Shown piece by piece: positions 22,066 through 32,064 of a stretch of DNA of 64,000 nucleotides. The notes under the pieces were generated by a model, which had not been told where the DNA came from, did no database searches, and saw only the letters and a list, made by a program, of their open reading frames with translations. The number at the start of each line of letters is the position of its first letter. Position 1 is the stretch's first letter. The stretch spans positions 1 to 64,000 of the forward strand of contig CAWHFW010000006.1 of NCBI GenBank assembly GCA_963828735.1. Reading direction: 5' to 3'. The position numbers were made by a program, and so were the translations under genes. The stretch comes from an uncultured Gemmatimonadales bacterium. Lineage in GTDB: Bacteria > Gemmatimonadota > Gemmatimonadetes > Gemmatimonadales > GWC2-71-9.

Positions 22066-23127
22066 GTGAACCCGGACCGACCCTTCACCCTGGTGCTCAG
22101 CGGCGGCGGCCTCAAAGGCCTGGCCCACATCGGCGTGCTGCGCGCGCTCGGTGAGCGAGGGCTGGTGCCGAGCCTCGTGGTGGGATCGAGCATCGGGTCG
22201 CTGATCGGCGCGTCCTGGGCTGCCGGAGCCACCTCGGACCAGATGGAGGCCCGGGCGCTCAAGGTCCGCCGGCGCGACGTGTTCCAGGTGGCACGGGTGG
22301 ATGTCGCGCTCCGCCGGCTGTTGGCGCCGGCCCTCTACCGCCGCGAGCCGCTCGAGTCGCTGATCGCGAGCCTCGTCGGTGACATCACCTTCCGCGATCT
22401 CAAGCGCCGGCTCCTCGTCAACACAACCGATCTTCACTCCGGCATGCAGGTGATGTGGGGGCTGCCCGGCCTGCTCGACACACGGGTGGCGGACGCGGTC
22501 GCGGCTTCGTGCGCGCTGCCCGGCATCTTCCCCCCGTGCGAGATCGACGGCCGGGCGTACGTGGACGGCGCCGTGGTGGAGAACCTCCCCGTGCGACTCG
22601 CGGCCTCCCTCGGGTCCGGACCGATCATCGCGATCAACGTCGCCGCCACCAGCGTTCGTCGGCAGGCGCACGAGACCGAGGGATTCGCGGCGACCTACAT
22701 CCGCGGCCTCGAGATCGTGATGCAGACGCAGATCGAGGACCAGCTTCGCGACTGGAACGGCCCGCCGCTGGTGCTGGTCCAACCTCGCGTCGAGCACATC
22801 TCGATGTTCGAGTTCGACAAGACGCCCGAGCTGATCGAGGCCGGCTATCGCGCCACGGCGGACACGCTCGACCGTCTGGGTGGCGACCTACACCTGGTCG
22901 ACCGCGGCATGCACCCGACCAGGCGGTTGCGCGTGCTGGTGGACGATCAGCGCTGCGTAGGCTGCGGCACGTGCGTGGTGCAGGCCCCGAAGGTGTTCCG
23001 GCTGGATGCGCGCGGCAAGGCCGAGGTGATGACGCCGATACAGACCTGGTCGCCGCTGCAGGGGAGCTACGTGCTCGGCTGTCCGACCAGCGCGATCAGC
23101 GTGCACTCCGAGGAGACGGCGGCGTAA
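22066..23127 (+). CDS. Patatin-like phospholipase fused to a C-terminal single-cluster ferredoxin domain
   Basis: SGGGLKG, GSSIG and YVDGA patatin motifs; tail VDDQRCVGCGTC...CPTSAISV. Confidence 0.9.
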   Translation: MNPDRPFTLVLSGGGLKGLAHIGVLRALGERGLVPSLVVGSSIGSLIGASWAAGATSDQMEARALKVRRRDVFQVARVDVALRRLLAPALYRREPLESLIASLVGDITFRDLKRRLLVNTTDLHSGMQVMWGLPGLLDTRVADAVAASCALPGIFPPCEIDGRAYVDGAVVENLPVRLAASLGSGPIIAINVAATSVRRQAHETEGFAATYIRGLEIVMQTQIEDQLRDWNGPPLVLVQPRVEHISMFEFDKTPELIEAGYRATADTLDRLGGDLHLVDRGMHPTRRLRVLVDDQRCVGCGTCVVQAPKVFRLDARGKAEVMTPIQTWSPLQGSYVLGCPTSAISVHSEETAA

Positions 23128-23743
23128 TCTCGAAGACGAACACGGCGGCCCCCTTCTGTCGCATGGGAACGAAGTTCCTGAGCGGGCTGCGGTAGAAGCG
23201 GTGGAGACGGACCCGGCCCCAGGGCGAGAGGGCCCGCTTGAGCAGCCCCTCGTCGTAGGACCGCTTGTGGTCGGGATCCCAGAAGTAGCTGCCCACCGGC
23301 GTCGTGCCCACGACCGATCCGCCGGGTGCCAGATAGCTCACCAACTCGCCGACGAGTGCCGAGTCGTTCTCGACGTGCTCGATCACCTCCTGACAATAGA
23401 TGCGATCGAACTGGCCGGGCCCCGGCGGCACGGTGGTGAAGACGGGTCGCGCCGCGTGCCCCCGGAACCGCTTGGCCTGAGCGATGGCCGCGGGCGAGAT
23501 ATCGTACCCCACCGCCTCGCCACCCAGCCGCTGCAGCATGATGGTGAAGATGCCGTCCATGCAGCCGAAATCGAGCACCCGCTTGCCCTCGGGCGAGTAG
23601 CGGCGTAGCAGCGCACGGTGACGCCAGAGGAGGTGAGTCATGCGCCAATCGAGATCGAGGGCGCGCGGGCCCTGCCGCTCCGCCCAGGTCCGGTACTGGC
23701 GGTCGTACGCTTCGGCGGCCGCGATGCCGGTAACGGACAACAT
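23096..23743 (-). CDS. Class I SAM-dependent methyltransferase
   Basis: RVLDFGCMDG, GYDIS, FDRIYCQEVIEH, LAPGG. Confidence 0.9.
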   Translation of the reverse strand: MLSVTGIAAAEAYDRQYRTWAERQGPRALDLDWRMTHLLWRHRALLRRYSPEGKRVLDFGCMDGIFTIMLQRLGGEAVGYDISPAAIAQAKRFRGHAARPVFTTVPPGPGQFDRIYCQEVIEHVENDSALVGELVSYLAPGGSVVGTTPVGSYFWDPDHKRSYDEGLLKRALSPWGRVRLHRFYRSPLRNFVPMRQKGAAVFVFEITPPSPRSAR

Positions 23744-24936
23744 TACCCCGCTGCCTGCCTGGCGCCGGCTCCGAGCTCGCGGCCGATGCGTACCAGGTCG
23801 GCGGTGACGCGATCCCAGTTGTAGTGGCTCTCGACCGCCCGGCGCCCGGCAGCGCCGAGCCCGGCCCGGAGCGTCGCGTCATCCAGCAGGCGACCGACCG
23901 CCTCGACGACCGCGTCGACCCGCTCCGCGTCCACCAGGAGGCCGGTCTCCCCGTCACGCACGGCGGCCGGAATTCCCCCGCTCCGCCCCGCGATCACCGG
24001 GATGCCGCACGCCGATGCCTCGGCGAGGGAGATCCCGAAGCCTTCCACCCTCTGTTCCATCAAGCGCGATACGCCCAGGTAGATCTCGGCGCAGTTGTAG
24101 AGCGCCGGGAGATCGAGGTCGGGCACATCGGTGAGGAAGCGCACCCGATCCGCCACGCCGAGCTCGCGGGCCTCGGCCTCGAGAGCCTCCTGCTCTTCGC
24201 CGGTGCCGACCACCGCATAGCGGAGGTCGCGGTACCGGGTGCGGAGCCGCGCCAGCGCCTGCAGGGCCGTGTCGATGCCCTTGTGGCGCGCCAGGCGCGC
24301 GACCGACAGCAGCCAGCGGCCGCCCTCGAGCCCGTAGCGGCTCCGCACCTCGCGCGTGTCGACTCCCGGACGGAAGAATGCCGGATCGGCGCCCAGCGGC
24401 ACCACGCGCACCCGCTCGGGCGACACGTCGATGTCGAGCTCACTCAGCACGGTCAAGCAGCGATCGCGCGTCCAGTCGCTGTTGGCCACGAGCACCGCGG
24501 CGGACCCGAGCAGCGCCGCCGCGGTCCTCCGCTTCATGGCCGACTGATGGATCTGGTGCTGCAGGATCAACAGGTCTCCGCCGTGCAGCAGGATGCCGAA
24601 CGGCACGCCCGTGCGCTCCATGGTCCATTTCGCCGGGTAGGCCGCGGGCTTGATGTTGCCGCACCAGATGAACTCGGCGTCGGTCGAGCGTGCCAGCACA
24701 GCCACGCGGCGGGACCACAGCAGCAGGCCCTGGATCGTGCGGAGGCGGCGCGAAGGAATACCGAGACGATCGACCCGGTTGGGGAAGGCGGCGTCGATGT
24801 CGGAGGCGTCGCCGTGCTGACCCGTGGACACGATCAGAGAGCCCGCGGGATACCGCTTCGCGAGCTCGGCCATCCAACGCGCGATGCCGCCGCCGAGCGG
24901 CGGAAAGTCATACGTCAGCAGCAGGTGGGGCGCCAT
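23743..24936 (-). CDS. GT4 glycosyltransferase (PimB-like)
   Basis: DFPPLGGGIA, RHKGID, EGFGISLAEA. Confidence 0.93.
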   Translation of the reverse strand: MAPHLLLTYDFPPLGGGIARWMAELAKRYPAGSLIVSTGQHGDASDIDAAFPNRVDRLGIPSRRLRTIQGLLLWSRRVAVLARSTDAEFIWCGNIKPAAYPAKWTMERTGVPFGILLHGGDLLILQHQIHQSAMKRRTAAALLGSAAVLVANSDWTRDRCLTVLSELDIDVSPERVRVVPLGADPAFFRPGVDTREVRSRYGLEGGRWLLSVARLARHKGIDTALQALARLRTRYRDLRYAVVGTGEEQEALEAEARELGVADRVRFLTDVPDLDLPALYNCAEIYLGVSRLMEQRVEGFGISLAEASACGIPVIAGRSGGIPAAVRDGETGLLVDAERVDAVVEAVGRLLDDATLRAGLGAAGRRAVESHYNWDRVTADLVRIGRELGAGARQAAG

Positions 24937-24944
24937 GTCCTAAT

Positions 24945-25928
24945 CTACCCAAGGAACGGCCGCAGGGCGGACAGGATCCGCGCGGCCGCGGACGGGATCG
25001 TGAGCTCCGCGACGAGCGCCGGATCGGCCGGCGGCGACGCGAGTGCGTTCACGATCGCCGCGGCGAGAGCCGGCACATCGTCGAGCGGCACCAGCCGCGC
25101 GGCACCACCGACGAACTCCCGATGTGGAGGGATGTCCGACGCCACGGTCGGCACCCCCGACGCGACGGCCTCGATCGGCGTGAGTCCGAATCCCTCGAAC
25201 CGGCTCGGCGCCACGGCGACCGCCGCCTCGCGGTAGGCGCGCGTAACGGTGGCGTCGTCCGCCGCGGTCTCGATGGTGCACGCCACGCCCAGCCGGTCGG
25301 CGAGCGTTGCGAGCGCATGCTGCTCCGGCCCCCGTCCGATGAGTCTGACCCGGACCGCGGGAGTCACGAGTGCCGCCGCCTGGAGGACGGCGGCCTGGTT
25401 CTTGTGAGCCCGGAGCCGGGACACGGTGAGCAGCGTCGGGACCGCGGTCGCGGATGGTGCGCCACGAGGGGCAACCGGCGGGGGAAATCGGTCCGAGTCG
25501 TAGCAGTACGGCACGCGCTCCGCCCCTACGTCGAAGCGTTCCAGCAGCGTCTGGCGTGTGAGCGTGCTGGGCGCCCAGACGCCGTCGGCTCGCGCGGCGA
25601 TGTAGCGCAGCCGACTGTAGTAGCCCCGGCGCCGGCGGTACGCGCCCCAGGGGCGAGGCAGCCGGAGGAAGGTGTTCCCGATCCACCAGACGGGGTCGGG
25701 GCGCCCGCGACCCGTTCCGACTGGCGGCAGGTCCCACAGGTAGACCACCAGTCTCGCGTCCCGCCGGCGCGCGAACCGCCATGCGGCGACGGCCGTCAGG
25801 CCGGACATCGCCAGCGCGACTCGGGCGGGACGATCGCCATCGGTGGCGATCGCGAGGCCCAGTCGCCGGAGCGCGGGCACAACGAGGCCGGTATACGGAT
25901 TGGACGCGAACCACCGCACGTCATCCAC
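24945..25928 (-). CDS. GT4 glycosyltransferase
   Basis: SRLRAHKNQ, PSRFEGFGLTPIEA, SDIPPHRE. Confidence 0.9.
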   Translation of the reverse strand: MDDVRWFASNPYTGLVVPALRRLGLAIATDGDRPARVALAMSGLTAVAAWRFARRRDARLVVYLWDLPPVGTGRGRPDPVWWIGNTFLRLPRPWGAYRRRRGYYSRLRYIAARADGVWAPSTLTRQTLLERFDVGAERVPYCYDSDRFPPPVAPRGAPSATAVPTLLTVSRLRAHKNQAAVLQAAALVTPAVRVRLIGRGPEQHALATLADRLGVACTIETAADDATVTRAYREAAVAVAPSRFEGFGLTPIEAVASGVPTVASDIPPHREFVGGAARLVPLDDVPALAAAIVNALASPPADPALVAELTIPSAAARILSALRPFLG

Positions 25929-27022
25929 CGCCGCGAATGACCTCGCCGAGCGCCCGCTCGTAGCCCGTGACCATGCGCTCGATCGGAAACTCCGCCTCGA
26001 TGCGGCGCCGCGCCGACTCGCCGATCCCGCGCAGCCGCGCTGGGTCGTCGAGGAGGGACTGTACGGCATCGGCCAGCGCGCCGGCGTCGGCGGGCGGCAC
26101 CAGCACGCCGGCGGATCCATCGCGACCCACCAGTTCCGCGGTCCCGCCCGCATCCGCCGCGACGACCGGCCGCCCGCACGCCATGGCCTCGCCGACCGCG
26201 TTGGGAAAGATCTCCTGAAGCGACGGGTGGACGACGAGATCGGCCGCGTGGTACCCGGCGATCATGTCGCGCGTGCCGAGCAGACCCGTGAACACCGTCG
26301 GCAGCTTGAGGCCGGCCGCCATCGAGGTGAGCTCGCCCTCGCGGTGCCCGTCGCCGCACACGACGTACACGACGTTCACGCCCTGGCGGTACAGCCGATG
26401 CAGGGCGTTGATCGCCACTTCCTGCCCTTTGTTCCGCGTGAGCTTCGCCGCGCTCAGCACCACCCTGGCCGCGGGATCGATGCCGTAGCGCTCGCGGAAG
26501 GCGCGGGCCGCCTCGGGGCGCGGGCCGTAGCGCGCGACGTCGTAGCCGTTGGGCACCTGGTATGAGGCGATCTTCCGCATCCAGCGCGCGTGACGCACCG
26601 CGTCGTCACGGATGTACTCGGACTGATACACGCACGCGGCCACCCGGCTCAGGTACACCCGGTCCATGACATGCGTGCGCGGGCGTCGATAGTTGAGGTT
26701 GTACCGGTAGACGATTTGGGCGCGGTGCAGCAGCGTCGCGTAGAAGGAGAGGCGGACGTCGCGGGGCGTGTCGGCCACGATCGCCTGGGCTCGGAGTTTC
26801 GCCGAATACCCGGCGCAGCGCCCAAACCTCTCGCGGGCCAGTGTCTCGCCCCGGAATCTGGGCCACCTCCAGCCCTTCGTCCTCCAGTCGGCGGGTGAGC
26901 TTCGGCGCCGCCGTCACCAGCAGCGCCGTATGCCCGCGCTCCTGGAGGCCGCGCGCGATCTTCGCGTAGCTCACTCCCGAGCCACGCCAGCCGTTCGCCG
27001 AGGTCAGGAGAGCGACGCGCAT
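25921..27022 (-). CDS. GT4 glycosyltransferase; indel near 26800
   Basis: MRVALLTSANGWRGSG N-terminus; KGQE, PSLQEIFPNAVGEAMACG. Confidence 0.88.
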
Positions 27023-27042
27023 CGGACCGTTATACTTGGCGC
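27023..27042. promoter_or_regulatory. 20-bp bidirectional promoter region with overlapping -10 hexamers serving two divergent leaderless genes
   Basis: TATACT (27031-27036) lies 6 nt before ATG 27043; TATAAC on the - strand (27034-27029) lies 6 nt before ATG 27022. Confidence 0.6.
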
Positions 27043-28068
27043 ATGCGAGTCGTGGTGCTGGGCGCGGGCGGGGCCCGCAAGACCGAAGACGTCGATCGTC
27101 CGGGCCGCGCGCGCGCTCGGCCACGCCTGCGGGCTGGTCAACGTGGTCACCTGGACCCGGTACGCCGGCCCGCTCGACGCCGCGCGATCCGATACCGGCC
27201 GAGTCGTTCGAGCCCGGACTTCGTGCTGCTGACGCGGCACGCGATCCTGGCGGGTGAAGCCGACTTGCGCGCGATGCTTCGCGATCGCCAGGCCGCCTTC
27301 TGGTACTTCGACCCGAAGCCGAGGCCGCAGGTGCTGGCGCTCGCCCGCCTGGTCGACCGCATGTACGTGACGTACCTCGCCCAGCTCGACTACTACCGCG
27401 CGGCGGGCGTCGGCGAGGTCGGATTCCTGCCGCAGGGGGTCGATCCCGAGCGCGACCGGCCCGCGCGATCCGCGCCGGCAGCATTCGTGTGCGATGCGAG
27501 CTTCGTCGGCGCGGGACAATACCCGCACCGCTACGGCGTCCTGCGCGCGCTGGCGGCGGCCTGTCGCCTGCAGCTGAGCGGCCCCGGCTGGGACAGCCGC
27601 GCCCGCGGACCTGCCCGTCGCGGGCGGACCCGTGCACGGCCTGCGCCTGCGCCAGGTCATCCGCGGCGCCTCCATCTCCGTCGGCGCGAGCGCGCATCCC
27701 GGAGCAGGACGCCGACCGCGCCTCCGCGTCCAACCGCATGTGGAAGATCCTCGGTTGCGGCGGGTTCTATCTCGGGCAGCTACGTGCCGGACATCGAGGC
27801 GTTCGCGATCGACGGGCGCCACTGCGCCTGGTACCGCTCGGCCGACGAAGCCGCGGCCCGCGCTCGGCACTACCTCGAGCACCCTGAGGAGCGCCGGCGC
27901 ATCGCGGAGGCGGGTCGGACCCACGCGCTCACGCATCACACCTACGCGAGGCGACTCGAGCTGCTGCTGTCGGGCCGGTCATATGAGGTGGGGCATGTGC
28001 CCTCAGACGAGCGTGTAGTTCCTGAACTCGAAGACCCGAATCCCGGTCAGGCGCTCGATCGCCCCTGA
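27043..28068 (+). CDS. CgeB-family glycosyltransferase (Glyco_trans_1_2), several indels
   Basis: AFWYFD, LPQGVDP, DASFVG, GPGW, SNRMWKILGCGGF, HHTYARR. Confidence 0.8.
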   Translation: MRVVVLGAGGARKTEDVDRPGRARARPRLRAGQRGHLDPVRRPARRRAIRYRPSRSSPDFVLLTRHAILAGEADLRAMLRDRQAAFWYFDPKPRPQVLALARLVDRMYVTYLAQLDYYRAAGVGEVGFLPQGVDPERDRPARSAPAAFVCDASFVGAGQYPHRYGVLRALAAACRLQLSGPGWDSRARGPARRGRTRARPAPAPGHPRRLHLRRRERASRSRTPTAPPRPTACGRSSVAAGSISGSYVPDIEAFAIDGRHCAWYRSADEAAARARHYLEHPEERRRIAEAGRTHALTHHTYARRLELLLSGRSYEVGHVPSDERVVPELEDPNPGQALDRP

Positions 28069-28866
28069 CACGTAATACCGGAGGAAGCGCCAGCGAAACT
28101 GCGGCGGCGCGATGACGCGATCCGGATCGAGGCGCCTGGGCTCGATCCAGGCGCGGGCGACTGCGGGGTGGCTTCCCGTGAAGGGTCGGATGCCGGGAAC
28201 CCAATCGAGCAGGGGCTTGCGCTCGTCGGCGTCGCGCCATGGATACATCGTCTTCCCCAGCTCTCGCTTCTCGCGCAGCGCCTGCGCCGGCCGTGCCCAC
28301 CCGTAGTGGAACATTTCGGCGGTCGTGAGTCGAGCACGGATCTTCCGGTGCTCCGGGCCCACGCGGAAACCCTGCGCACCCTGGTACGGCCGGATGTCCA
28401 GGCTGGGATCCAGCCGCACGGCCCGCACCTCCCGCCGATACCACCGGCGATGCGTCGCGATGGTGTCGAAGCCCCCGTAGAAATGGAGGTAGCGCACCAG
28501 CAGCCCCTCGATGCGGCGGTCTCCGTCGTAGCGCTGAATGGCGGCGGCGAGCGCTTCGGCGCCGCGTTCGTGCAGCACCTCGTCCGCCTGGATGTAGATC
28601 CCCCAGGGAAAGCGGCACTCGCGCATTGCCCGGAGCGTCTCGAAGCCGAGGACGGTGTTCCGCCGGGTCATGTCCCACTCGGTCTCGACGATGCGGATCT
28701 TCGGGTCGCGGATCGAGCGCACCAGCGCGAGCGTCTCGTCCTCCGACCGACCCACGTTCACCACCACCTCGTCGCACACGGGCAGGAGCGAGCGGATGCT
28801 GGCTTCCACCGGGAAGTCCAGCTTGATCGCGTTCCTGACGATGGTGAAGCCCGACACCTGGACCAC
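28003..28866 (-). CDS. GT2-like glycosyltransferase
   Basis: VSGFTIVRNA, DEVVVNVGRSEDET, YIQADE, YLHFYG, FHYGW. Confidence 0.88.
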   Translation of the reverse strand: MVQVSGFTIVRNAIKLDFPVEASIRSLLPVCDEVVVNVGRSEDETLALVRSIRDPKIRIVETEWDMTRRNTVLGFETLRAMRECRFPWGIYIQADEVLHERGAEALAAAIQRYDGDRRIEGLLVRYLHFYGGFDTIATHRRWYRREVRAVRLDPSLDIRPYQGAQGFRVGPEHRKIRARLTTAEMFHYGWARPAQALREKRELGKTMYPWRDADERKPLLDWVPGIRPFTGSHPAVARAWIEPRRLDPDRVIAPPQFRWRFLRYYVSGAIERLTGIRVFEFRNYTLV

Positions 28867-28908
28867 GGACCCGCTCCAGCCGCTGGAAGAAATCGAGGTA
28901 GGACAATC

Positions 28909-30018
28909 TCATCCCGGGCGCACTCGAGGAGCAAGCGGGCCGCTCAGGATCGCCTCGTAGACGGCCAGGGTGCGCCGGATCGTGCGGTCGAGCGCGAACG
29001 TGTCCCGCGCCGTATGACGCGCCGCCGTGCCCAGGCGGCTGGCCAGCCCGCCGTCGTCCAGCAGGCGGTCGATCGCCCGAGCCCAGGCGGATGCATCGAG
29101 CGGCGCGACGAGCATCCCGTCGGCGCCGGAATCGATCAGGTCGAGATTCCCGCCAGCCGCGGAGGCGATGACCGGCTTCCCCAGCGCCATCGCCTCGAGC
29201 AGCGATTGGGACAGCCCTTCGATCCGCGAGGGTAGCAGCACGAGGTCGAACAGCTCGTACAGCGCGCGGACGTCCGCGGTGAACGGAAAGGCCACCGCAG
29301 AATGGGGCGAACGGACCGCGCGGGCCGCGCGCGCCAGCGGATGATCCGGGGCTATGCCGGCAAGCACGAGCCGGATCGGTGTCCGTATGGCCGGCAAAGC
29401 TCGAAGCACGACGGCCTGGTCCTTCGGACGAGCGACGATGCCGACGGTCCGGTGCGCCGCCGTCCACCCGATCCTGGCGCGCCACTCGGCCAGCGACTCG
29501 GCGCTCACCGGCGCATCCACTCGCTCGCTCACGAGACCGTTCGGGATCACCTCGATCTTCCGGGCCGGCGTGCCCTTTCGCTCGAGCGCGGACGCAACGG
29601 CCCTGCTCACGGCGATCACCCGCGCCGCCGCGCGGGAGGCCAGCCAGTTCTCGACAAAGAAGGTGCGCGGCATCTGGCGCCGGGTGAGCACCAGCGGCGG
29701 CCGCAATTTTCCCCGGAGGGCGAGCCACGCCAGCGCCTGGCGGTCCCGCGCACTCTGCGAGTTGACGAGGTCCACCGGGCTTCGGGCGAGCAGTGCGGCG
29801 AGCGCGGCCGCGTTCGCGCGGCGCTCGCCCGGCCGCAATGCGATGGGGAGGACCTCGAGGCCGCCTGCCCGCGCGAGCGCGTCGACCTCGGAGCCCGGCG
29901 GACACGCGAACCGGACCGCCACCCCCGCGCGGGCCAGGCCCAGGGAGAGATGGAGAGTGGAGGTCACCGAACCGGCGCCGCCGCCCTGATGCAGCACCTG
30001 AAGGACGCGCAAGGTCAT
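28909..30018 (-). CDS. GT4 glycosyltransferase
   Basis: VIPNG, PSRIEGLSQSLLEAMALG. Confidence 0.92.
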   Translation of the reverse strand: MTLRVLQVLHQGGGAGSVTSTLHLSLGLARAGVAVRFACPPGSEVDALARAGGLEVLPIALRPGERRANAAALAALLARSPVDLVNSQSARDRQALAWLALRGKLRPPLVLTRRQMPRTFFVENWLASRAAARVIAVSRAVASALERKGTPARKIEVIPNGLVSERVDAPVSAESLAEWRARIGWTAAHRTVGIVARPKDQAVVLRALPAIRTPIRLVLAGIAPDHPLARAARAVRSPHSAVAFPFTADVRALYELFDLVLLPSRIEGLSQSLLEAMALGKPVIASAAGGNLDLIDSGADGMLVAPLDASAWARAIDRLLDDGGLASRLGTAARHTARDTFALDRTIRRTLAVYEAILSGPLAPRVRPG

Positions 30019-30052
30019 GGAGGCGGATGAAGATGCATAGATTCCAGCCGCC

Positions 30053-30997
30053 ATGCACGTCGCCCTCTATATTCGCGACCGCCTCCCGGTACGGAAGTAT
30101 GGGGGCACGCAGCGGATCGTCGTCTATCTCGCCCGGGGACTCGCCGCCGCCGGACACCGGGTCACCCTGCTCGCGGGCGCCGGCACCCTGGTGCCTGAAG
30201 CCTCCGTCGTAGAGCTGCCGGCGCTGAAGTCGGGGGCCGCCCCATCGGACCTGCGCCCGTGGCTGCCGTCGGGCGTCGAGATCCTCCTCGCCTTCTCACC
30301 CCCGCGCGGGCCACTCGACGTCCCCTGGATCCGAAGCCTCCACGGCAACCGCAGGCGCGGCACGCCGAGCGCGCCAAACACGCTCTTCCTGAGTCGCGAC
30401 CACGCGACCCGCCACGGAGCCACCGCCTTCGTCTACAATGGGATCGATCTCGGCGAGTTCCGGCTTCAAGCAGTGAAGGCCGACTACGATCTCTTCCTCG
30501 GCCGGCTGCACCGGATCAAAGGGTACCGCTGGGCGATCGAAGGGGCCCGCCGTTCGGGGAGACGGCTCGTGCTGGCCGGCGGATGGCGGCCGTCGTTCCG
30601 CCGGGCCGTGCGCTATGTGGGTCAGGTCGGAGGCGAGCAGAAGACCGACCTGCTCGCCGGCGCCGCGTGCCTGTGGATGCCGGCCCTGTGGGACGAGCCG
30701 TTCGGTCTCACGCTGGTTGAAGCCCTGGCGAGTGGGACGCCCGTCCTCGGAACCCGTCGCGGTGCGCTGCCCGAGATCGTAGGCCCGACCGTGGGCGCGT
30801 TGGGGGATACGATCGATCAGCTCGTCGCCCGCCGGCCGGCCATGGACCGGATCGACCCGGGGGCCTGCCGCGCATGGGTCGAGCGGCACTTCAGTCATCA
30901 CGTGATGGCGGCGGAGTATCTGCGGATGTTCGCGGCATACCTGGCGAGCGGCGTGCTCCCGGCAGGACGGACGATCGGAGAGGCTGAAGGCGAATAG
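30053..30997 (+). CDS. GT4 glycosyltransferase
   Basis: YGGTQRIV, VYNGID, LGRLHRIKG, WDEPFGLTLVEALASG. Confidence 0.92.
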   Translation: MHVALYIRDRLPVRKYGGTQRIVVYLARGLAAAGHRVTLLAGAGTLVPEASVVELPALKSGAAPSDLRPWLPSGVEILLAFSPPRGPLDVPWIRSLHGNRRRGTPSAPNTLFLSRDHATRHGATAFVYNGIDLGEFRLQAVKADYDLFLGRLHRIKGYRWAIEGARRSGRRLVLAGGWRPSFRRAVRYVGQVGGEQKTDLLAGAACLWMPALWDEPFGLTLVEALASGTPVLGTRRGALPEIVGPTVGALGDTIDQLVARRPAMDRIDPGACRAWVERHFSHHVMAAEYLRMFAAYLASGVLPAGRTIGEAEGE

Positions 30998-31010
30998 CCT
31001 TCCGCCGGGC

Positions 31011-32015
31011 TCACCCCATCACGAGCGCGGGGACACGCCCGACCACCGTCTGGAGCAGCTCGGCCAGGCGATGCATGTAGGTGTGCTCGGTCAGCGCCCG
31101 CTGCCGGGCACCGGCCGCCACCTGCTCCGCCCACGCCCGATCGTGCAGCGCCTCGGACGTGAGGGTCCGGAGCTCCCGGGGTGAGCGGGCCACGAGGATC
31201 TCGGAGCCCTCGCGGAAATGGTCATGGATGTCCGCGTGCTCCTCGACGACCTGGGGCACGCCGATGGCCGCGAGCTCGAAGAGCCGGCGGCTGGCGCCAG
31301 GGTCGCGGACCTCGGCCCCCTCGTCGGTGCAGGCCACGTTCACGGCCACTGACGCCCCAGCGTAGGCGCGAATGTAGTCCTCATGGCTCAACAGCTCACC
31401 GCGGCAGTAGTCCCTGAGCTTGGTCCGCCGCCACCCGGGACCCCAGACGGCCACCCCGAATTCCACGAGCTCGCCGAGCTGTCGCTCGCGGTGGGGCGTG
31501 GCCGTGCCCACGAACACGACGTTGGCGCGAAACCGGTCCCGGGCTCGCATGGGTCGATGAATCGATGGATCGCAGCCGGCGGGAGGTAGTGCACCGGCGG
31601 ATTGCCCGGCGCGTCGAACGCCGCCACCGTGAGGTGGTCGGCGACGAATACGGCGTCGTAGGCGGCCGCGAACGGCAGGATGTCCTCGGCGGAACGGCGG
31701 GCATCGCAGAACCAGTTGACCCACGCCGGTCCCGCCGCTCTGCCGGAGCGAGGCCACCATCGGCGCATCCACCTGGCTCCCCTCGAGCACCAGCACGAGC
31801 GCGGGCGTCGTGCCGGCGATCGCACGGGCGAGCCGGTCGTGCAGGCCGACCCGGCGGAGCCGGCTGAGCCAGCTGCCGGTCCCGATCAGGTTGACGGTGG
31901 TGACCCGGCAGCCGAGCCGCTCGAGCGCGCGGCGGCGGAGACCGGCGTGCGCGTGAAGCGCGTCGTCGAACGCGCCGACGAGGAGAACGCGGGTATCGGC
32001 AAAGCGAGTGGGCAC
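31011..32015 (-). CDS. CgeB-family glycosyltransferase; compensating indels ~31580-31730
   Basis: WVNWFCD, CDPSIHRP, VVFVG, WGPGW, RLFELAA, HTYMHR. Confidence 0.85.
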   Translation of the reverse strand: MPTRFADTRVLLVGAFDDALHAHAGLRRRALERLGCRVTTVNLIGTGSWLSRLRRVGLHDRLARAIAGTTPALVLVLEGSQVDAPMVASLRQSGGTGVGQLVLRCPPFRRGHPAVRGRLRRRIRRRPPHGGGVRRAGQSAGALPPAGCDPSIHRPMRARDRFRANVVFVGTATPHRERQLGELVEFGVAVWGPGWRRTKLRDYCRGELLSHEDYIRAYAGASVAVNVACTDEGAEVRDPGASRRLFELAAIGVPQVVEEHADIHDHFREGSEILVARSPRELRTLTSEALHDRAWAEQVAAGARQRALTEHTYMHRLAELLQTVVGRVPALVMG

Positions 32016-32064
32016 GAAATCGAAACTAGCGAAACGGTGATCGATTACAACCCATGCGCGCGCC

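Noticed and set aside
18209..23127. Anti-phage system suggested by a HerA-like ATPase and a patatin
   Set aside because: The ATPase is housekeeping DUF853 type; no CD-NTase, Sir2 or nuclease partner; the two genes are not operonic.
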